The translations under genes and the position numbers were made by a program. From Verrucomicrobiota bacterium (GTDB lineage: Bacteria; Verrucomicrobiota; Verrucomicrobiia; Limisphaerales; UBA9464): 40,579 nt of DNA. Positions 34,431 through 40,579 of the stretch are shown piece by piece (the first letter of the stretch is position 1; every line of letters starts with the position of its first letter). The notes beneath the pieces are model-generated. The model ran no database searches. It was not told the DNA's origin and saw nothing but the letters and a program-made list of their open reading frames with translations. The DNA is taken from positions 1 to 40,579 of the forward strand of contig JANNAJ010000346.1 in assembly GCA_031384285.1 (NCBI GenBank), given 5' to 3'.

Positions 34431-35900
34431 ATGAAACCACTGGCCGTCCTCAGCCTCGTCGCCGCTCTTTCCCCGGCGGTCGCTGTCGCCCAGACCGCCA
34501 CGGCCGCCGCGGCGCCCTTGGCACCCTCCTCGGAAGGGCTCGCCAACGACTGGCTCCGGCAACAGAGCGGCACCTTCAGCGCGTGGGATATCGGCGGACA
34601 GTTCCGCGCCCGCTTCGAGCACCGTGGGCACGCCGCGATCCCCGGTTCGCCGGGCGCGATCGATTTCCGCGACCATGGCGCCGATACGGGCAACACCTAC
34701 GAGCTCTTCCGCACGACGCTCCATCTCGGGTATGCGCCGACCGCGTGGGCCGGTGTCCGTGTCGAGGGGCGCGACAGCTTCTCGCTCCACGACGACCGTG
34801 TCCCGGACCCGGAATCGGACCGCACCGAGCTGCACCAGGCCCACCTCCGGCTCGGCGATCCGGCCGGCTTCCCGCTCAGCGCGAAGATCGGGCGCCAAGA
34901 GCTGAGCTACGGCGACGAACGCCTGGTCGGTGCCTTCGACTGGAACAACGTCGGACGCGTCTTCGACGCGGCGAAGCTGCGCTACGAGGACCGCGACGTC
35001 TGGGTGGACGCCTTTGCCGGACGCGTGGTCGTCCCGGACGACCACAACCTCGATCTGGCCAACGATTACGACTGGTTCTCCGGCATCTACGCCTCGTCGG
35101 CTACCCTCGTCCCGTTCCAGGAGACCCAGGCCTACCTGCTCGCCCGCAACACAGGGACGGGATCGCCGACGACGCTGGGCGCCGGTCTGCCCGCGACCAT
35201 GACCGGCGCCAGCCCGCGGGACATCTACACGGTCGGCATCCGGATGAGGTCGCTGCCCGGGAAACTGCGCGGCTGGGACCACAGCTTCGAGGCCGCCGGC
35301 CAGTTCGGGCGCTTCAAGGACACCGTCGCCGGACCGAGCCTGTCGCAACTGGCTTTCGCCACCCACATCGCCGGCGGATACACCTTCGCCGATCTTCCGG
35401 CGTCGCCGCGGCTCGGGCTCGAGCACGATCACTCTTCCGGCGACAGCGATCCGACCGACGGCCGGCACGGCACCTTCGACAACCTTTTCCCCACGAACCA
35501 CCGCTTCTACGGGCACATGGACTTCGCCTCGTGGCAGAACCTCCACGACCTCCGCGCCTCCGCTTCGGCGAAGCCGGTCAAACGGCTGCTCCTCGCGCTC
35601 GACTGGCATGCCTTCTGGCTCGCCGACACGCATGACAGCTTCTACCAGGTCAACGGCGCGCGCCGCACCGGCCAGGTCGCGGGACCGGGGACCGGCTACG
35701 GGATCAACCCGGCCTTCGACAGCTACATCGGCCAAGAAGCGGACCTCACCGCGACCTGGACGCTCCGGCCGTGGGCGACGTTGCAGGCCGGCTACGGGCA
35801 CTTCTTCGTCGGCGGCTATATCGAGCGATCGCTCGCCTCGCCGGGGTTCGGAGCGACCGACGCGGACTTTTTCTTCACGCAGGCGACGCTCTCGTTTTGA
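34431..35900 (+). CDS. alginate-export (AlgE-like) family outer-membrane beta-barrel porin
   Basis: ATG at 34431 (MKPLAVLSLVAALSPAVAVAQ signal peptide) inside track ORF 34293..35900. RLGRQELSYGDERLVG..DWNNVGR.FD and a C-terminal ...FFFTQATLSF (terminal aromatic residue) are typical of the alginate_exp family. Confidence 0.85.
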   Translation: MKPLAVLSLVAALSPAVAVAQTATAAAAPLAPSSEGLANDWLRQQSGTFSAWDIGGQFRARFEHRGHAAIPGSPGAIDFRDHGADTGNTYELFRTTLHLGYAPTAWAGVRVEGRDSFSLHDDRVPDPESDRTELHQAHLRLGDPAGFPLSAKIGRQELSYGDERLVGAFDWNNVGRVFDAAKLRYEDRDVWVDAFAGRVVVPDDHNLDLANDYDWFSGIYASSATLVPFQETQAYLLARNTGTGSPTTLGAGLPATMTGASPRDIYTVGIRMRSLPGKLRGWDHSFEAAGQFGRFKDTVAGPSLSQLAFATHIAGGYTFADLPASPRLGLEHDHSSGDSDPTDGRHGTFDNLFPTNHRFYGHMDFASWQNLHDLRASASAKPVKRLLLALDWHAFWLADTHDSFYQVNGARRTGQVAGPGTGYGINPAFDSYIGQEADLTATWTLRPWATLQAGYGHFFVGGYIERSLASPGFGATDADFFFTQATLSF

Positions 35901-35921
35901 ACGCCGGTCCCCGTCCTTGCC

Positions 35922-36164
35922 ATGCCACCGCTCGACCGATTCCGCCGCCTCGACGTCCGAAGGCTGCTCGCCCGGGGCATCGAACCCTTGCCCGCGGTCC
36001 GGAAGCGCCTTGCCGCGCTCCAGGACGGCGAAGGATTGCTCCTGCTCGCGCCCTTCCTGCCGTCGCCGCTCATCGAGCTTCTCGGCGGCGAAGGCTTCAC
36101 GTCGAAGGTCGAGCGGGGCGACGCCTCGGATTGGTTGGTGTTCATCTGGCGGGCCGTTCCGTAA
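35922..36164 (+). CDS. DUF2249 domain-containing protein (80 aa)
   Basis: Track ORF. LDVRRLLARGIEPLPAVRKRLAALQDGEGLLLLAPFLPSPLIELL fits the DUF2249 pattern (the region of LDVR..P through P.PL). It starts 21 nt after the porin stop. Confidence 0.75.
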   Translation: MPPLDRFRRLDVRRLLARGIEPLPAVRKRLAALQDGEGLLLLAPFLPSPLIELLGGEGFTSKVERGDASDWLVFIWRAVP

Positions 36165-36174
36165 CATCGCCGCG

Positions 36175-36900
36175 ATGCCCGCCCCCGCTGAAGCGCTGAA
36201 GCACGCCGCCGTCGTCCACACGCTCCGGACGAGCCAGCTCTTCAGCGGATTGCCCATGGCCGACCTCGAGGCGATCTCCTCACTGGTCAGCAGCAGGTCG
36301 CTCGACAAGGGCAGCTATCTTTTCCACGAAGGCGACCCGTCCTCCGGTTTCTATCTCGTCCAGCGCGGCGCGGTGAACGTCCACCGCGTCAACGCCGCCG
36401 GCAAAGAGCAGGTCATCCACGTCTTCCGGGCCGGCGACACCTTCGCCGAGGTGTCGCTCGTCACGCCGGACGGCTATCCTGCCGAAGCCCGGGCCATCGA
36501 GCCGTCCCAGGTGCTGCTCGTGCAGAAGGCGGGTTTCCTCGCCTTGCTCCGGCACCGGCCCGAGCTCGCGTTGCGCATGCTCGCCTCCATGAGCTCGCAC
36601 CTGCGCGTGCTGGTCGCCCAGCTCGAGGACCTCACCCTCAAGGACGTGGAGACGCGCCTCGCCAACTGGCTGCTGCAGCGGTGCCCCGACCCCGCCGCCG
36701 CCGGCCCCGTGGCGATCGAGCTCAGGTCCACCAAACGTGTGCTCGCCGCCGAGCTCGGCACCGTGAGCGAGACCCTTTCGCGCACGCTCGCGAAGTTCCG
36801 CGGCCAAGGCCTGCTGGAGGTGAAGGCCGGGACGCTCGTGGTCCGGGAGCCCCGTCAGCTCCGGGCCCTGCTCCGCCGCCATCTCGGCGAAGCTGCGTGA
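36175..36900 (+). CDS. Crp/Fnr family transcriptional regulator, Dnr/NnrR-like (no N-terminal Cys cluster)
   Basis: ATG at 36175 inside track ORF 35608..36900. The cNMP-binding-type beta-roll is LFHEGDPSSGFYLVQRGAVNV...GDTFAEVSL. The C-terminal HTH is LAAELGTVSETLSRTLAKF, carrying the E-x-x-S-R recognition motif of FNR-type proteins. The protein has only one Cys. Confidence 0.88.
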   Translation: MPAPAEALKHAAVVHTLRTSQLFSGLPMADLEAISSLVSSRSLDKGSYLFHEGDPSSGFYLVQRGAVNVHRVNAAGKEQVIHVFRAGDTFAEVSLVTPDGYPAEARAIEPSQVLLVQKAGFLALLRHRPELALRMLASMSSHLRVLVAQLEDLTLKDVETRLANWLLQRCPDPAAAGPVAIELRSTKRVLAAELGTVSETLSRTLAKFRGQGLLEVKAGTLVVREPRQLRALLRRHLGEAA

Positions 36901-36955
36901 CGCCGCGACGCTTGCCGCAGATGTCCACGGCTGCTCTCGTCGCGGCGTTCTCCGC

Positions 36956-37915
36956 ATGACCTTCCCGACCCTCGCCAAGTTCTTTCGCGCGGCAGCGGTC
37001 TGCGCGGTCGTGTCGATCGCGACGGCGCAGGAGCCGGTGGACACCGGGTCCGCCCCGATGCCCCCGAAGGTCGGACCGCTCCAGGCGCCGGGGATCGACA
37101 ATCTCTTCCGCGCGACCGACCGCATCTATTCCGGTAGCCGACCCGAAGGCGACGAGGCCTTCGCCTCGCTGCGGAAGCTCGGGGTGAAGACGATCCTCTC
37201 GGTGGACGGCACCCGGCCCGACGTGGAACGCGCCGCGAAATTCCAGCTGCGCTACGTCCATATCCCGCTCGGCTACGACGGCATCCCGGCGGAGACGGCG
37301 GCGCGCTTGACCCAAGCGGCGCGGACGCTGGAAGGCCCCGTCTTCGTCCACTGCCATCACGGCAAGCACCGCGGTCCCGCGGCCGTCGGCGTGATCTGCC
37401 AGGCCACCGCCGGCTGGACGCCGGACCAAGCCGTCGCCTGGATGAAGCAGGCAGGCACCTCGCCGGATTACGCCGGACTCTACCGCGCCAACGCCGGGTT
37501 CCACATGCCCACGGCTGAGGATCTCGCGCGCGTGCCGGACGCTTTCCCGTCCCGTGCCGAAGTGTCCGGCCTCGTCGACGCCATGGTCGCGATCGACCAT
37601 CGTTGGGACGACCTGAAGGCCGTGCAAAAGGCCGGCTGGCGCGTCCCGCCGGGCCGACCCGACCTCATCCCTGCGACCGAGGTGCTGCTGTTGCAAGAGG
37701 CCTATCGCGAACTCCAGCGCGATGCCTTGGCACAGGCCAAGGGCGACACGTTCCTCGGACTTCTCCGCAAAGCGGAATCCGACGCAAAGGACCTGCACGC
37801 CCTGCTCGGTTCCAGCGCGACGACGCTCGACGAGGCCGCCCACCGGCAAGCCGACGCTCTGTGGAAAGCGGCAGGCGAGGCCTGTGCCGGGTGCCACAAG
37901 AAGTTCCGGAACTGA
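36956..37915 (+). CDS. secreted fusion protein: Cys-X5-Arg (PTP/DSP-like) phosphatase-fold domain plus a cytochrome c-prime-like four-helix haem domain
   Basis: Signal peptide MTFPTLAKFFRAAAVCAVVSIATA/QEP. VFVHCHHGKHRG is an HCX5R P-loop (Cys at nt 37352-37354). The helical C-terminal ~120 aa end in CAGCHKKFRN, the C-terminal CxxCHxx(F/Y)R signature of class II cytochromes c (nt 37883-37897). Confidence 0.75.
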   Translation: MTFPTLAKFFRAAAVCAVVSIATAQEPVDTGSAPMPPKVGPLQAPGIDNLFRATDRIYSGSRPEGDEAFASLRKLGVKTILSVDGTRPDVERAAKFQLRYVHIPLGYDGIPAETAARLTQAARTLEGPVFVHCHHGKHRGPAAVGVICQATAGWTPDQAVAWMKQAGTSPDYAGLYRANAGFHMPTAEDLARVPDAFPSRAEVSGLVDAMVAIDHRWDDLKAVQKAGWRVPPGRPDLIPATEVLLLQEAYRELQRDALAQAKGDTFLGLLRKAESDAKDLHALLGSSATTLDEAAHRQADALWKAAGEACAGCHKKFRN

Positions 37916-38078
37916 CCGGATCGTCCGCGGCTGCCATCGCCGTGGATCTTGCATGCTTCGCATGCATCCGGTCCGCGGTCTCAATCGTTGGAACCTGCGA
38001 CATGCGTTCCGCCACGCATCGCTTGCCGGGCCGGCCTGATCCTGACTTCCTTTGACCATCCACCCGGGGCAGCGATGG

Positions 38079-38092
38079 CGGAAACGTTTCCG
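38079..38092. promoter_or_regulatory. perfect 14-bp palindrome CGGAAACGTTTCCG upstream of the TonB-dependent receptor (candidate operator)
   Basis: Exact dyad symmetry, 87-100 nt upstream of the ATG at 38179. No cognate regulator was identified. Confidence 0.3.
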
Positions 38093-38178
38093 TAGCTGTC
38101 GTGCGGGTGGCTTTTTGCTGCCCGAACGTTGAAAAACCTGCGTCGCCGGTCCGCGTGCGGACGACCGGCACGGGCACC

Positions 38179-40263
38179 ATGAACAAACGAAACTCCGTCC
38201 GTCCGGTCGCCGGCCTCGCCGGCCTGCTCCTCCCCGCGCTGCTCCTCGCGCACGAGCCCGAGGTGATGCAGAAACAGGTCGTCACCGGGCGCGCCGATCC
38301 GTTGTTGGCGATCGCCGCGGCGAGCAGCGAGGGCTACGTCGGCCGCGACCATCTCGATCTCCGGCCGCTGCTCCGGCCAGGCGAAGTGCTGGAGACGGTT
38401 CCCGGGCTTCTCGCGACGCAGCACAGCGGCGCGGGCAAGGCGAACCAGTACTTCCTCCGCGGCTTCAACCTCGACCACGGGACCGATTTCGCGACGTCGC
38501 TCGACGGCGTGCCGGTGAACCTCCCGACACACGCCCACGGCCAAGGCTACACCGACCTCAACTTCCTCATCCCGGAACTCGTCGAGACCGTCCACTACCG
38601 CAAGGGGCCCTACTACGCGGACGTCGGTGATTTCGGGTCCGCCGGCGCGGCCGATCTAAGCTACGCGAAGACTCTCGACGGAGGGCTCGCGCAGCTCGAA
38701 GCAGGCTCGTTCGGATACGCGCGCGGTGTGTTCGCCGGCTCCGGCAAGACCGGTCCGGGGAACCTGCTCTACGGCCTGGAACTGGCGCACGACGACGGCC
38801 CGTGGACGAATCCTCAGGACTACCAGAAGATCAACGGCGTCCTCCGCTACAGCCAAGAACACGACGGCACCGGCTTCGACGTGACCGCGCTCGCCTACGC
38901 AGGCCGTTGGGATTCGACCGACCAGGTGGCCCGGCGCGCGCCGATCGGTCGCTACGACGCGCTCGACGATTCCGACGGCGGCGAGTCGAAGCGCTTCAGC
39001 CTCGCCGCCGCTTGGCATCACGAGACCGACTCGGGCCACACCGAGGCCCAGGTCTATGGCGTTTATTACGACCTGGACCTGTTCTCGAACTTCACCTACT
39101 TCCTCGCCGACCCGGTCCGCGGCGACCAGTTCGAGCAGCACGACCGTCGCGGCTTCGGCGGGCTGAAGGCGCACCATACCTGGAAGCACGAACTGGCCGG
39201 GCACGAGATGGAGGACACCGTCGGGATCCAGGTGCGCGGCGACCACATCGAGAACGGGCTGGACGCGACGGAACGCCGCCAGCTCCTCTCGACGACGCGC
39301 GCCGACACCGTGGGCGAGATCAGCATCTCGCCCTACGTGCAGGACCTGACGCGGTGGGGAGACAAGCTCCGCTCCACCCTCGGCGCGCGCGTGGACCACT
39401 ACCGCTTCGACATCCGTTCCGACAACCCGGCCAACAGCGGGACCAAGGACGCCACCTTGGCCAGCCCGAAAGCCGCCCTTGTGATCGGACCGTGGGCCGA
39501 CACGGAGTTCTATCTGGACGGCGGGCTCGGCTTCCACAGCAACGACGGCCGCGGAGCGACCACGACGGTCGATCCGGCGACCGGCGCGGCGACGACCCCG
39601 GTGGATCCGCTCGCGCGGACCTACGGCGCCGAGTTCGGGATCCGCACCCTCGCCGTGAAGGACCTGCAGAGCACGGTGTCCGTGTGGTGGCTCGACATCG
39701 ATTCCGAGCTGCTCTTCGTCGGCGACGCGGGCAGCACCGAAGCGAGCCGCCCGAGCCGCCGCTATGGGATCGAGTTCGCCAACTACTACACGGCCACGAA
39801 GTGGCTCACGCTCGACGTCGACCTGAGCGGGTCCCGGGCCCGGTTCCGCGACGCCGATCCGGCCGGACGGGAGATCCCGGGCAGCATCGAGACCGTTGTC
39901 GCGGCCGGCGTCAGCGTGCACGACCATCCGGCACTGAAAGGCTTCTTCGCCAGCCTGCGCCTCCGCTACTTCGGGCCGCGCCCGTTGATCGAGGACGATT
40001 CCGTCCGCAGCGCCGGCACGCTGATGCTCAACGCGCAGGCGGGCTACCGTTTCAACGCCGATTGGACGCTCGCGGTGGAGGCCTTCAACCTGCTCGACCG
40101 GAAGGACAGCGACATCGACTACCTGTACTCCTCGCGTCTGCGCGGGGAGGCCATCAACCCGGCAGACCCTCGCTACGACGCGGGATCCGGAGGCTACAAC
40201 GACATCCATTCGCATCCCGTGGAGCCGCTCTCCGCGCGGGTCGTGCTGACGGCCCGGTTCTGA
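38179..40263 (+). CDS. TonB-dependent outer-membrane receptor
   Basis: ATG at 38179 (signal peptide MNKRNSVRPVAGLAGLLLPALLLA) inside track ORF 38101..40263. The plug-domain motif is PGLLATQHSGAGKANQYFLRGFNLDHGTDF. A long beta-barrel ends in ...VVLTARF (terminal Phe). Confidence 0.9.
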   Translation: MNKRNSVRPVAGLAGLLLPALLLAHEPEVMQKQVVTGRADPLLAIAAASSEGYVGRDHLDLRPLLRPGEVLETVPGLLATQHSGAGKANQYFLRGFNLDHGTDFATSLDGVPVNLPTHAHGQGYTDLNFLIPELVETVHYRKGPYYADVGDFGSAGAADLSYAKTLDGGLAQLEAGSFGYARGVFAGSGKTGPGNLLYGLELAHDDGPWTNPQDYQKINGVLRYSQEHDGTGFDVTALAYAGRWDSTDQVARRAPIGRYDALDDSDGGESKRFSLAAAWHHETDSGHTEAQVYGVYYDLDLFSNFTYFLADPVRGDQFEQHDRRGFGGLKAHHTWKHELAGHEMEDTVGIQVRGDHIENGLDATERRQLLSTTRADTVGEISISPYVQDLTRWGDKLRSTLGARVDHYRFDIRSDNPANSGTKDATLASPKAALVIGPWADTEFYLDGGLGFHSNDGRGATTTVDPATGAATTPVDPLARTYGAEFGIRTLAVKDLQSTVSVWWLDIDSELLFVGDAGSTEASRPSRRYGIEFANYYTATKWLTLDVDLSGSRARFRDADPAGREIPGSIETVVAAGVSVHDHPALKGFFASLRLRYFGPRPLIEDDSVRSAGTLMLNAQAGYRFNADWTLAVEAFNLLDRKDSDIDYLYSSRLRGEAINPADPRYDAGSGGYNDIHSHPVEPLSARVVLTARF

Positions 40264-40579
40264 CACCAAGCAGCCTTGCTTTCCCGTGACGCGGCCACGG
40301 TCGTCGTGACCGACCGCTGTCCCGAATGGGCGATCCGAGGGCCTGCGGAGCGATGCCGTCTCCGACGACGGCGAGCGATTGGTGCCGGAGGTTTCCGCGA
40401 GAAACCGTCTGATACCGACTCTTGGTGGATACCGGCAGAACTCGGCTTCATGTTGTGGGCGGCTTGCCCTGCAAGCCGAGCGGGTTGCGGGGGCGACCCG
40501 CCAACGGTCCGACCAGAGATCACCCGGACTTGGTATGAGGCTCCGTTGGCCCGCCATGGCCAGGAGCTGCCGTGACCCA

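Noticed and set aside
34284-36308. 674-aa minus-strand ORF, and 36722..38059 and 38656..40557 on the minus strand
   Set aside because: They are antisense to the porin/DUF2249/regulator genes, the phosphatase-cytochrome gene and the TonB receptor respectively. All have off-frame composition and no motifs.
37916-38178. Possible cobalamin or other riboswitch in front of the TonB-dependent receptor
   Set aside because: No B12-box-like GCCACTG and no other conserved riboswitch core that I can recognise. Only short palindromes are present.
40268-40281. AAGCA-gcct-TGCTT hairpin after the TonB receptor stop
   Set aside because: It has only a 5-bp stem and a weak TTTCC tail, too weak to annotate as a terminator.
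1-40579. Window-wide look for CRISPR arrays, transposases, integrases, IS ends, rRNA and prophage genes
   Set aside because: No regularly spaced direct repeats, no recombinase or transposase-like ORFs, and no rRNA-like segments were seen. The nitrite island has no obvious mobile-element boundaries inside the window.

Overview
GC-rich bacterial chromosomal window. The STK-linked ECF sigma factor, the extended ribosomal proteins and the weak or absent Shine-Dalgarno sequences suggest a PVC/Verrucomicrobia-like organism, but that is inference only. There are three blocks. (1) 1-10.7 kb holds a mixed set: a partial metallophosphoesterase, a yjfLMC-like DUF350/DUF1190/GspS-like cassette, a Tat-signal amidohydrolase, two unknown genes divergent from a CopA P1B-type ATPase, rimO with an unusual insertion, and hom. 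(2) 10.8-28.3 kb, all on the minus strand, holds an ECF sigma factor plus a 1237-aa transmembrane Ser/Thr kinase with a beta-propeller. It is preceded by a 27-gene ribosomal-protein/secY/map/rpoA cluster (rplB to rplQ). That cluster starts abruptly at rplB, with no rpsJ-rplC-rplD-rplW upstream, and lacks rpmD, adk and infA. (3) 28.7-40.3 kb is a nitrite/NO-related island. It contains a cupin-nirK(cytochrome c fusion)-nirV-senC operon, a GYD-domain gene, a dihaem cytochrome c, an operon encoding an alginate-export-type porin, DUF2249, a Dnr/NnrR-like Crp/Fnr regulator and a periplasmic Cys-X5-Arg phosphatase-like/cytochrome c-prime-like fusion protein, and then a TonB-dependent receptor. The most notable observation is three TTGAY-N4-GTCAA boxes, each centred exactly 41.5 bp upstream of the first base of a start codon (cupin GTG 32889, GYD ATG 33016, porin ATG 34431), each with a CAnnnT hexamer at -12..-7. 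This implies a compact, autoregulated, apparently leaderless class-II Crp/Fnr regulon. No rRNA, tRNA, CRISPR array or mobile element was recognised. Many long track ORFs are antisense or out-of-frame artefacts of the high GC content.
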